Shown here one piece after another: positions 35,890 to 44,518 of a stretch of 64,000 bases of DNA (positions are counted from its first letter, which is position 1; each line of letters starts with the position of its first letter). The notes beneath the pieces were generated by a model. The model was given only the letters and a program-made list of their open reading frames with translations. It was not told the origin of the DNA and ran no database searches. The stretch lies in NCBI GenBank assembly GCA_000146465.1, contig CP001947.1; one strand, 5' to 3'. Made by a program: the position numbers and the translations under genes.

Positions 35890-36417
35890 ATGGCAATATC
35901 TCCAGAGGAAATTTTTCATATTGCCCACGAAGAGCTTGTTGAGATAGAACCCACAACGTCAATACCAGAGCTGTGTCTTCTAGAGAAGACTTATCCGGCG
36001 CTGATGCCCTTAGATATAGCAAGAATTCCGCTATATGCAGCCCTACTTCTGAAAAAATCGAACATGTGCAAGATAAGACTTCCATCGTATCTGCAGATAG
36101 AAAATCTTAAGGCGACAATGGATGCCGAAATACAAAAAGTCGATGAATACTCTCAGATCCATCCATATTTCTTTCCTCTTGCAGAGAAGCTTCTGGAATG
36201 CTGCTACAATGTTGAGAACATAGAAGAAAGTAAGGTGATTGTTGAAAAGATCAAGGAAATAAGACTTGCAAAGACACTCAAAGGTATCAAATGCTTGGAT
36301 GGAAGAGCTTTAAACATGAATAATATCACACTATTTGAGTTTAATGAGGTTAAAGAGCTTATCATCGGATCTGTGGAAGCAGGGCGGAAGATTGAGGCCT
36401 TGTCAAAAAACCAATGA
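35890..36417 (+). CDS. PSF2: GINS complex subunit Psf2
   Basis: IPLYAALLLKKSNMCKIRLPSYLQIENLK matches the Psf2 signature (VPLWLA..LKQR.KCRI..P.WM). B-domain-like C-terminus. Start moved to ATG 35890 (MAISPEEIFHIAHEELVEIEP, compare Psf2 N-termini). Confidence 0.65.
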   Translation: MAISPEEIFHIAHEELVEIEPTTSIPELCLLEKTYPALMPLDIARIPLYAALLLKKSNMCKIRLPSYLQIENLKATMDAEIQKVDEYSQIHPYFFPLAEKLLECCYNVENIEESKVIVEKIKEIRLAKTLKGIKCLDGRALNMNNITLFEFNEVKELIIGSVEAGRKIEALSKNQ

Positions 36418-36547
36418 AGTCAGTATACGCATTACAAACGACTGAGAATTGGAAACCTTGTTTCATGGAGGAACTCCCTGAGTCGTCTTATCTGCGATGA
36501 AACAAGTAGGAGTAGTATATAACTACTTTGAAAAGGTTTAGTAACAT

Positions 36548-38383
36548 ATGAGATTCCAGAAGTATCTGAGGAGAAATGTATATGCACCGTATAAGTACAA
36601 TTACCTTGATTACGAAAATCTGAGAGAGAAGTTTAGGGAGAAAGAGTTTACTTCGAGCGATGAAGACGAGTTCGTCAAGGACCTAGATTCCAACATAAAG
36701 AGAGTTTTTGGGTTTGTTGAATCCAAGCATTCCGAATTTGTACAAAGGCTGAAGACACTAGAGAAAAAATCACATAGAGAGGCAAAGACCAAGATAAAGG
36801 AAATGGCCGAGGAGATGCGGCATTTTGCAGAGTTTATAAGAATCAACGTCATAGGATTCAAAAAGCTCTTGAAAAGACATGATAAGCACACCAAGTACAA
36901 ACTTCTTCCCTCTTACAAACCGATGCTAAAAGGGAAGATTAGATCTATCGAGGGTCTTGACGAGTTGATATACAAGGCAAGTAAGATTTCTCTTAAAGTT
37001 TCAGAGATGAAGAAAAGAGAAGTTGAAAGCAACAGCACGTTTATAAGAAGAACCGACAAGTATTGGGTCCACAAGGAAAACTTAGTACCTGTGAAGTTTT
37101 ATATTACCCAGCATCTTCCAATATATGTTTTCACAAAAAACAACGATGGAAAGAGTCCGTACAGTTCATGGGACAAGAGTTCGCATGACTCCTGCATATC
37201 GTCTGTTTACTTTGATAACGTAACATTCGATCTTTATAGTGAGAGACTTAAGAAACTGCATCACTCAGAGGCCATCAGGATAAGGTGGTATACCTCTGAG
37301 GACCCGGAAGTGGTGTTTGTCGAAAGGAAGAGACACGAAGATGGATGGACTGGAGAGTCAAGCAAGAAGTTAAGATTTATGATAAAAGAAAAAGACGTGC
37401 TTAAATACATTAATGGAGAAGATGTATGGGAGGATGTAGAGAAACTGAACAAAAATGAAGACGTAAGAACATTGTATGAAGAAATACAGTCGTCTATTAT
37501 CAATAGGGGGTTAAGGCCTGTTGTCAGAACGTTTTACAAAAGGAGTGCGTTTCAGCTTCCAAATGACTCCAGTGTCAGAGTCAGCCTTGATACAGACTTA
37601 TGTATGATAAAAGAATGTAGTGATGGTGAAATAGCCGATCCAACCGGTCCAATCCGAAAATGGAGAAGAAGTGATGTGGGATGCGACTTTCCCTTTAGAA
37701 ATGTCCCAAAGAATGAGATAGTTCGCTTTCCTCATGCAATACTCGAGATCAAAACACAAAGTTTTGACGAGACAAATCCTAAGTGGATTGAAGAGCTTAT
37801 CAATGGCCCATTAGTGGAGCATGTGCACAAGTTTTCCAAGTATCTCCATGGTTGTGCAGTCTTGTATCCATTTATCCAGGATATTCCTTATTGGCTTCCT
37901 CAAGTAACTGTAGACATAAGGAAGGATCCATTTCAGCCAGATGTGGACAAGAAGTCTTTTAAGGATACGGTTCTAGTCGATATTCCTGCAGAAAGTGATC
38001 CCAGCAACAGTGAAAAGCTAAGTCCTATAGAAGTACATGGAAAAAGAATATCGATTCCTGTCCGTGTTGAGCCGAAGGTATTTTTTGCTAACGAAAGAAC
38101 GTTTCTGTCTTGGGTCCAATTTGCCATCTTCTTAGGAGGTATAGGAAGTGCTTTATTGGGCCTTGGGGATGAGAAGGCTAGTCTCTCTGGTTTGATTCTG
38201 GTCATTGTAGCAATAATCTTCTCCTTCTATTCTTTGTACCTTTATCTATGGAGGGCCAAAATGATAAGAATGAGGGATCCAGGACCATACGACGATATAT
38301 ATGGCCCTGCTGTTCTTGTCTGTGTGTTTTTAGTTGCTATGGGACTCTCAGTTTTCTTTAAGTTTCCACTAAAGAGAGTCTGA
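36548..38383 (+). CDS. VTC4: Vacuolar transporter chaperone Vtc4-like polyphosphate polymerase (SPX + VTC + C-terminal TM)
   Basis: N-terminal SPX (MRFQKYLRRNVYAPYKYNYLDYENLRE). Central VTC catalytic tunnel domain (YWVHKEN...RIRWY...). C-terminal DUF202-type TM helices (FANERTFLSWVQFAIFLGGIG...). Confidence 0.7.
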   Translation: MRFQKYLRRNVYAPYKYNYLDYENLREKFREKEFTSSDEDEFVKDLDSNIKRVFGFVESKHSEFVQRLKTLEKKSHREAKTKIKEMAEEMRHFAEFIRINVIGFKKLLKRHDKHTKYKLLPSYKPMLKGKIRSIEGLDELIYKASKISLKVSEMKKREVESNSTFIRRTDKYWVHKENLVPVKFYITQHLPIYVFTKNNDGKSPYSSWDKSSHDSCISSVYFDNVTFDLYSERLKKLHHSEAIRIRWYTSEDPEVVFVERKRHEDGWTGESSKKLRFMIKEKDVLKYINGEDVWEDVEKLNKNEDVRTLYEEIQSSIINRGLRPVVRTFYKRSAFQLPNDSSVRVSLDTDLCMIKECSDGEIADPTGPIRKWRRSDVGCDFPFRNVPKNEIVRFPHAILEIKTQSFDETNPKWIEELINGPLVEHVHKFSKYLHGCAVLYPFIQDIPYWLPQVTVDIRKDPFQPDVDKKSFKDTVLVDIPAESDPSNSEKLSPIEVHGKRISIPVRVEPKVFFANERTFLSWVQFAIFLGGIGSALLGLGDEKASLSGLILVIVAIIFSFYSLYLYLWRAKMIRMRDPGPYDDIYGPAVLVCVFLVAMGLSVFFKFPLKRV

Positions 38384-38452
38384 ATAAAACAATTTATTTG
38401 CCAATGGTTCTTAGAAATTAATGCCTTGGGAGTGGTATTATGTGGTTTTTCC

Positions 38453-38671
38453 TTACATAAAGAAGTCCATAGCGGGACTGGGGTTTTTACGGAAAAACCT
38501 AGAACCGTCAAAGCAGTCGAGAAGCCATTCAAGAGTAAGCCTTTCCTCCACCTTAAGGCTTTCCATCATCTCTTTCAACTTATGATTATATTCTATTACA
38601 TTTGCAATGTCCTCCTCAAGCTTCTTAAGCTTTGTTTCTAGTTCTTTATTAATTTCTTCCCTTGATTCCAT
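38453..38671 (-). CDS. Small coiled-coil protein (72 aa), hypothetical
   Basis: True ATG preceded by AAATACCCTTTCC (CCC motif). Heptad-like K/E pattern. No family recognised. Confidence 0.4.
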   Translation of the reverse strand: MESREEINKELETKLKKLEEDIANVIEYNHKLKEMMESLKVEERLTLEWLLDCFDGSRFFRKNPSPAMDFFM

Positions 38672-38695
38672 GGAAAGGGTATTTTGGAGTTGAGT

Positions 38696-40087
38696 TTATT
38701 TGTTAGCGAGACTTGCATAGTAAGAGCTTCTCTTATCATCAAACATTCTTTTAAAATATTCCTCCAAAAATAAACATATTCTTCTTGTGTCGTCCTTGCT
38801 TGTTTCAACATACTTCTCATAGTACACGACTGCTTCTGTATACATCTTCATGTTCTTATAGGCATCTCCTATATATAGATATCCATCGGGATCGTTCAGC
38901 TCTATGACGTTTTTGAAGCATCTAATAGCATCGTCCATCTTATTCAGGTTCATATAGCATTGCCCTAGAGTTGTCCAAACAATAGGGTCGTTACTCTTGT
39001 ACTCCAAAGCTTTCTTGATAAAGAAAAGGGCATATTCATACATTGTCATCGTTGCATATGCCTGTCCAATACTATACCAGGCCCGGTAGTCCATAGGACA
39101 CATTTTCAGAGCGATGTTGTAAGAGTTAACCGCCTTTTCCATATTCTTCATTTCAAGATGCTCATGACCTATAAGCGTATGGACTATCGAAGAAGAAGGG
39201 TTCAGCCTTACGCTGAGCTGAAAGTATTCAATTGCTTTCTTATGCTCCTTTTTCATAGAATAATAGTTTGCTATGCAGCACATTGTCTCGGATCTATACT
39301 TGTTTATGTTCAGAGCATTTTCTGCAAGAAGAAGAACTCTATTATCATTCTTTATGTACAAAGCGTTTGAATAGAGATCGATGTAATCCAAATCATAGTA
39401 AAAGGAGTTTTTTGTAATCTTCTCAAACACCTCGATGCATCCTTTAAAATCCTTCTGGTGATATAGAACAGCCCCGGCTAAGTTCGGATATTTCATGTTA
39501 ATACAGAGTCCGTCCGAGAACTTTCTCCACTTACTTTCGCATACTTCATTTTCAGGAACAAAGGCCGGGGTCCAGGTTTTCTTGATCATCTTTGTACAAA
39601 ACAGATGCATGAAAAAGAAGTCGCTTAAGCCACCAACAATGCTAATTGATCCTATAGTTTCAGGGGTGGCGATCTCTGCAAGATCCAGATATGCTTCCCA
39701 AAACCATGGATTTATCAAAATAACATCGGAGAGAATACGGCAGTCTTTTTTTACCTTACCTTCTATGTAGAGTAAAAACTCGTCTTTTTCGCATCCACAC
39801 CAATGGACCTCCACAGGTTTATTGAGATGAAGAAGTAGATTTATGTTTCTTATGAAGTTGATTCTCTGGGAACAACATGCACAAAACACGACTTCTTCAA
39901 GATGGAGAAGACTGGCCTTGCAAAGGAGAGAGACGTATGCTTTTCTGTACTCCTTTATGTTTTGGTAAGTTAGTGAAAGATACTCCTTCGAGGACAATGT
40001 TACTGAAATTTCATCAGATGTTATTCCAACCTTGGACAAGAAGTCAACTGTTTTATGGAGATTGCGTGCAAAGAACTCGGCCATCAT
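38696..40087 (-). CDS. CDC23: Anaphase-promoting complex subunit 8 (Cdc23/APC8), TPR protein
   Basis: TLIGHEHLEMKNMEKAVNSYNIALKMCPMDYRAWYSIGQAYATMTMYEYALFFIKKALEYKSNDPIVWTTLGQCY aligns closely with the Cdc23 TPR block (AWTLMGHEYVELKN...DYRAWYGLGQTYEVL...). Start moved from a TTG to ATG 40085-40087, preceded by AAATTTTTGGAGCTCCAAGCCCTG. Confidence 0.75.
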   Translation of the reverse strand: MMAEFFARNLHKTVDFLSKVGITSDEISVTLSSKEYLSLTYQNIKEYRKAYVSLLCKASLLHLEEVVFCACCSQRINFIRNINLLLHLNKPVEVHWCGCEKDEFLLYIEGKVKKDCRILSDVILINPWFWEAYLDLAEIATPETIGSISIVGGLSDFFFMHLFCTKMIKKTWTPAFVPENEVCESKWRKFSDGLCINMKYPNLAGAVLYHQKDFKGCIEVFEKITKNSFYYDLDYIDLYSNALYIKNDNRVLLLAENALNINKYRSETMCCIANYYSMKKEHKKAIEYFQLSVRLNPSSSIVHTLIGHEHLEMKNMEKAVNSYNIALKMCPMDYRAWYSIGQAYATMTMYEYALFFIKKALEYKSNDPIVWTTLGQCYMNLNKMDDAIRCFKNVIELNDPDGYLYIGDAYKNMKMYTEAVVYYEKYVETSKDDTRRICLFLEEYFKRMFDDKRSSYYASLANK

Positions 40088-40145
40088 CAGGGCTTGGAGC
40101 TCCAAAAATTTGTTGCCCAATAAATGGACTTGAAATTGGTCCCTG

Positions 40146-41420
40146 ATGGATTTGGAGAAAGTACGTATTTCTCAAAAGAAGGTTATCAACATTGTATTTG
40201 TCGGCCATGTTGATGCAGGAAAGTCAACGATATGCGGGCAGATCCTTGTTCAAATGGGATTGGTAGATCCAAGGACATTGGAGAAGTATAAGGAGATGTC
40301 TCGAGAACAGAATAGAGAAAGTTGGTATTTGAGCTGGTGTCTGGACATCAATCCTGAAGAAAGAGAGAGGGGAAAGACTACAGAAGTAGGAACGGCATCG
40401 TTTGAGCTTCCTCACAGAAGAATAAATATACTAGACGCACCGGGGCATAACCAGTTTGTATTTGAGATGATAAATGGGGCCAACCGAGCGGATGTGGGGA
40501 TACTGGTTATATCTGCAAGGATAAACGAGTTTGAGGCGGGGTTTGAAAAGGGAGGTCAGACTAGAGAACACATCTTTTTGTTAAAGGCCGGAAGTGTCCA
40601 AAGGTTGATTGTACTAGTTAATAAGATGGATGATCCAAGTGTGGGATGGAACAAGAGTAGGTTCGATGAGATCAAGGACAAAGTCTCGGCATTTGTTAGA
40701 AGGATGTTTCCTGTCCCTGTATTTATTCCTGTTAGTGGATTTACTGGAGAATACATCAAGGACAAAGGATCATGCCCATGGTACGATGGGGAATCTTTTC
40801 TTTCGGAGCTCGACAAGATAACAATCCCAAGAAGATCGGATGTGCCTTTGGCAATTACTGTTACAGAAAAGGTAAAGCTAATGGGAATGACGATTTTGTA
40901 CGGGAAGGTTGAATGCGGAAAGGTAACTCCCGGGATGCCAATAAAAATCCTGCCACACAATACAAAGAACTTCATTTCGTCTATAATGGATGATGAAGAT
41001 GTTGAAATTGAGGAAGGGAATCCAGGAGATGTTGTGAAACTGAAGCTAAAGGAGGATCCAGATGATGTATCAGTTGGAACTAAAATACTAGATCTCAACA
41101 ACATGGATTACAGATCTACACAGGAATTTACATGTGGATTAAACATACTCGACGTCGATACAATAATAAGCTCTGGGTATACATGTATTCTTCATGTAGG
41201 AATTGCTACCGTTCAGTGCAAAATAAAAGAAATAAGGGACATCAATAACAAGAAGATCAGATTCTGCCGCCATGGAAGTAAGGTTCTTGCAAAGATAGTG
41301 GTTTCATCTCCTATCTGCGTTTTTCATGGTAACAAGGATGAAGAAGAAAGACAGAGATTTGCACTGAGGCTCGAGAGTAAAACCATTGCTGTAGGTGTAA
41401 TAAGAACCGTAAAAGAATAA
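40146..41420 (+). CDS. Translational GTPase of the eRF3/Hbs1 (EF1A-like) family
   Basis: GHVDAGKST, DAPGH, NKMD GTPase motifs plus beta-barrel domains II/III. No N-terminal extension. Resembles eRF3 (Sup35 C-domain) or Hbs1; it cannot be discriminated by eye. CCCTG immediately precedes the ATG. Confidence 0.7.
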   Translation: MDLEKVRISQKKVINIVFVGHVDAGKSTICGQILVQMGLVDPRTLEKYKEMSREQNRESWYLSWCLDINPEERERGKTTEVGTASFELPHRRINILDAPGHNQFVFEMINGANRADVGILVISARINEFEAGFEKGGQTREHIFLLKAGSVQRLIVLVNKMDDPSVGWNKSRFDEIKDKVSAFVRRMFPVPVFIPVSGFTGEYIKDKGSCPWYDGESFLSELDKITIPRRSDVPLAITVTEKVKLMGMTILYGKVECGKVTPGMPIKILPHNTKNFISSIMDDEDVEIEEGNPGDVVKLKLKEDPDDVSVGTKILDLNNMDYRSTQEFTCGLNILDVDTIISSGYTCILHVGIATVQCKIKEIRDINNKKIRFCRHGSKVLAKIVVSSPICVFHGNKDEEERQRFALRLESKTIAVGVIRTVKE

Positions 41421-41481
41421 AACACTCCGGCTTAAGAATCGCTGACTCCTGGAGGATTTTTATGAAAGTTCGGAAAGTCTT

Positions 41482-41838
41482 TTAATTATGAGAGCTTACC
41501 CTGTTCGGATTGAATCCATATCTGATCTTTCTTCCTTGAGAAGAGCGGACTCTAACTATCTTGGCGTGGCACGCACAAGACACGCAGAACTGTGACTTAT
41601 AGCCCATCCTTGGAACTTCAAACACTTCGTAGATGGTTTTCTCTTTCAGATCATCAAATGAGGCCTGTTCAATGAGAGACTGAATCCTAAATCTTTTGAT
41701 TGCCTTATCCTTAGGTGTTACACTGCCGCACTTATCGCACTGGATGGGCTTCACACTTCCTCTGTTCTTCTTTGATCTCCCGTGGTTTCTTCTTTTAACT
41801 GTCTATAAAATTAGAATGCTTCGCCTATCACTTACCAT
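41482..41838 (-). CDS. RPS26: 40S ribosomal protein S26e, spliced. Exon 2 is 41482..41802; exon 1 is ATG at 41836..41838.
   Basis: Minus strand: gaATG|GTAAGTGATAGGCGAAGCATTCTAATTTTATAG|ACAGTTAAAAGAAGAAACCAC... gives [39 protein letters not shown]..., a clear S26e (compare [23 protein letters not shown]...VPKDKAIK). AAAATTTTTGCCCTTAAGA abuts the ATG. Confidence 0.8.
41803..41835 (-). other. Spliceosomal intron (33 nt) in RPS26, immediately after the ATG
   Basis: GTAAGTGA...TTCTAAT...TATAG. Same architecture as the RPL14 and RPL19 introns. Confidence 0.75.
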
Positions 41839-41858
41839 TCTTAAGGGCAAAAATTTTC
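41839..41858 (-). promoter_or_regulatory. AAATTT + CCC promoter motif upstream of RPS26
   Basis: Sense AAATTTTTGCCCTTAAGA directly 5' of the ATG. Confidence 0.6.
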
Positions 41859-42025
41859 GAGTCAATGAACTTTGCCATTCGCAGGTTTGATCAAGTGCAG
41901 AATTCTGTTCCACCAGCCATTCCATTCTTAAAGACGGAAGAGAAATGATCCAATTCTATTTTAGTTCTTTAACTTTTAAATAAGGTACGTACTTACCCCA
42001 AACAATAACAGAACCTTGCATTTGG

Positions 42026-42838
42026 ATGAGCTTTCTAGAATACTTATCAACAATAAAAAGACATCTTCTATCCCAGAAGCTCCCGGGGACCTATAGATCC
42101 GAATCCAATAGGAACTTCCAGGCAATATTCTTTACCTTAGGCCTTCTAAACCTGATCTTCGGGGTGATGGCAACACTTGTTTATGCCAGCCTACTGGAGG
42201 AAATCATTCCATACACAGACAGTACAAGTATCGATGTCTATCTTCCCAGTGGGAAGATTTATCTTTTTTTGGAAATGAGAGAGTTCTACCAGACCAATCT
42301 GAGATACAGCAAGAGCATCAGCCATCCTCAGCTCCAAGGCAAAAGGCCGAAGAATCTCCAAGCGGCTAGACCATTAGCTTACGACGATGGAAAGGTTATA
42401 TATCCTGCAGGACTTCTCCCAAACAGCTTCCCTCACGACACATATGAGATTGATGGAGTAGACGTTGAGACAGATGGAATTTCATGGGAATCAGAAAGAA
42501 GCACAATGAAGCCACCGTCTTATACGAGGGATGAAGTTGTTTCTCCTCCTCTTTGGCCTGTTTATGATGATATTCCGGACCTAAGCCAAAATGAGAGGTT
42601 TATCAACTGGATTTATATATCTCCCTTTCCAAGCTTCAGAAAACTCTGGGGAGTAGCTAATGTAGAAACAGAAGGAACATACAAACTGAATATCACATCT
42701 ATATTCCCATATGGAAAGAAAAGAGTGTGTCTCTTGCAATCATCGGTCATAGGGCCCAAGAACTATTTCTTGTCTATTGGGTTGATTTTTGTAGGGCTGG
42801 GGATGATTCTACTCTCTCTCCACGGCCATTTTTTGTGA
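42026..42838 (+). CDS. CDC50/LEM3 family protein (P4-ATPase flippase beta subunit)
   Basis: Two TM segments flanking a lumenal domain with FYQTNLRYSKS...QLQG...A.P.AYDDGKVIYPAGLLPNSFPHDTY (CDC50 signature FYQNHRRYVKS..QL.G / PCGLIAWS.FNDT). Confidence 0.65.
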   Translation: MSFLEYLSTIKRHLLSQKLPGTYRSESNRNFQAIFFTLGLLNLIFGVMATLVYASLLEEIIPYTDSTSIDVYLPSGKIYLFLEMREFYQTNLRYSKSISHPQLQGKRPKNLQAARPLAYDDGKVIYPAGLLPNSFPHDTYEIDGVDVETDGISWESERSTMKPPSYTRDEVVSPPLWPVYDDIPDLSQNERFINWIYISPFPSFRKLWGVANVETEGTYKLNITSIFPYGKKRVCLLQSSVIGPKNYFLSIGLIFVGLGMILLSLHGHFL

Positions 42839-42941
42839 TGAAAGTCCTACAGATAGCATTCTTATGATTGAATAAATTAGATCCTTTTAATTGTAATACT
42901 CTAGACTTCCAGAACGCATTCTTTGCTTACCTGTATCCAAT

Positions 42942-44414
42942 CTAACTAGTGGTCTTCATAATGTCCTTATAAGATATCATCGAGTCTCCCGTAACATAAA
43001 TTCTAGACTTCCCTTTCATTTCTGTATTATAATACTCATACAAAGCCCTGTATTCCGAGTAGGTTACTCCTCCCCGGACATATACTATCATGTAGTCCAT
43101 TGGATTCTCCGATTCTCTTATCTCTAAGAAGTATCTATCATCAAGCCTACTTGTCCACCAGTGGCGAGCAATTCTTTTGATTGCAGGCTGATATCCTAGC
43201 TTAACATCAATACCATCGTGAAATCTGTATCCATAGCATCTTGGTATGGAAGCTCCAATAGAATATCTTCTTGTAAACGACTCCACTTCTTCTATAAGGT
43301 CTGGATATTTCTTAGCTTCGTCATTGGGATTTCTTTTGTTTCGGAGCGAGTATATTATAAGCAATTTACTCCGCTCCATAATAGAAATATCCTTTCTTGT
43401 AAGGTACTCGCCAACCTCTTCTTTACTAGTCCTGTTGTTTTTTAAGATGTTCATCTCGGTTTCGCTTAGGTCCTTAAGCCTGAGGCATGCTCTCATCACA
43501 TAGCCATGCTGAGAAAGGTGTGCCTCTAGCTGCCGGGAAATCTTAGTGTTTTCTTCCAGATCATCGAAGACAAAGTCATGAAGCTTCTTCTTCTTAAACT
43601 CGGCCTTTTTGATTAAGCCTTTGATATCTTCCGAAACTTCATATATGTCCTTAAATTTAGAAGCATTGAAAAATGAATCATCCACTACCGAATAACTTTT
43701 CTTTCCTATTTGAACAACACCGTTCTCATAATCTGCATGTTCATAAAGTAGAGATTGATACCTCCATTCATATAACAACGGAGTATATATATCGAAAGTT
43801 CTGTCTAGGATTATGAGAGTCCCTCCTTGCTTGCTCCCAAGACTCATAAGCCTGGTGTTCAGTGAATCTGCATCTTCTAGCAGCAACTTGTCTCCCACTT
43901 GAACCTTAATTGCTGGGACTCCTCCTAGATTCATGATAAGGGAAAAAAGACCATCCAAAGTTCTTTTTCTTATGGAAGGGGATACTTGATTACTTGTCTT
44001 TGCTCTGTGGAAGGTATACAGAAAATCATCTTGTCTAAAGAAGTCAATATATATTTCATGAACTTCGGAGATAACACAATATATATCGCTCGTAGCCAGT
44101 ATTTCCAGCATCAAGGAATCCATCTGATTCGTAAATAGAACAATATATCTCTCATAGAATGGATTTGCCACCTCTTCTATCAGCCATCTTATACTCTCAG
44201 GCCGTATTACTGCCATGCAGGTAATACCTTGAATCTTTTCCCTTCTTTTGTTCATTATATTATCAAATAGGAAGTAATCGTTCTCGAGAAATCTTGAATG
44301 AGGAATTATGTTACTAAGGATTATCTTGGTGTCTTCATCAAATAAGAGGGCCTTAACACCCTCTCCCATTTCCAATATCTCATCAATCTTTTTGCTGAGT
44401 AGATCATCGTGCAT
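42942..44414 (-). CDS. Sec1/Munc18-family (SM) protein
   Basis: N-terminal KALLFDEDTKIILSNII...MAVIRPESIRWLIEE...YERYIVLFTN pattern characteristic of Sec1 domain 1. Start moved from a TTG to ATG 44412-44414. Confidence 0.55.
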   Translation of the reverse strand: MHDDLLSKKIDEILEMGEGVKALLFDEDTKIILSNIIPHSRFLENDYFLFDNIMNKRREKIQGITCMAVIRPESIRWLIEEVANPFYERYIVLFTNQMDSLMLEILATSDIYCVISEVHEIYIDFFRQDDFLYTFHRAKTSNQVSPSIRKRTLDGLFSLIMNLGGVPAIKVQVGDKLLLEDADSLNTRLMSLGSKQGGTLIILDRTFDIYTPLLYEWRYQSLLYEHADYENGVVQIGKKSYSVVDDSFFNASKFKDIYEVSEDIKGLIKKAEFKKKKLHDFVFDDLEENTKISRQLEAHLSQHGYVMRACLRLKDLSETEMNILKNNRTSKEEVGEYLTRKDISIMERSKLLIIYSLRNKRNPNDEAKKYPDLIEEVESFTRRYSIGASIPRCYGYRFHDGIDVKLGYQPAIKRIARHWWTSRLDDRYFLEIRESENPMDYMIVYVRGGVTYSEYRALYEYYNTEMKGKSRIYVTGDSMISYKDIMKTTS

Positions 44415-44518
44415 GGCTTCCAAGTGTTTGTTGGATTGCTCTATTTCTCTGTTTCAGAATCATATCCAAAACTAGAAATCACTCTGTTTCGAAACCACAT
44501 CCATTAGTTTTACATCTT

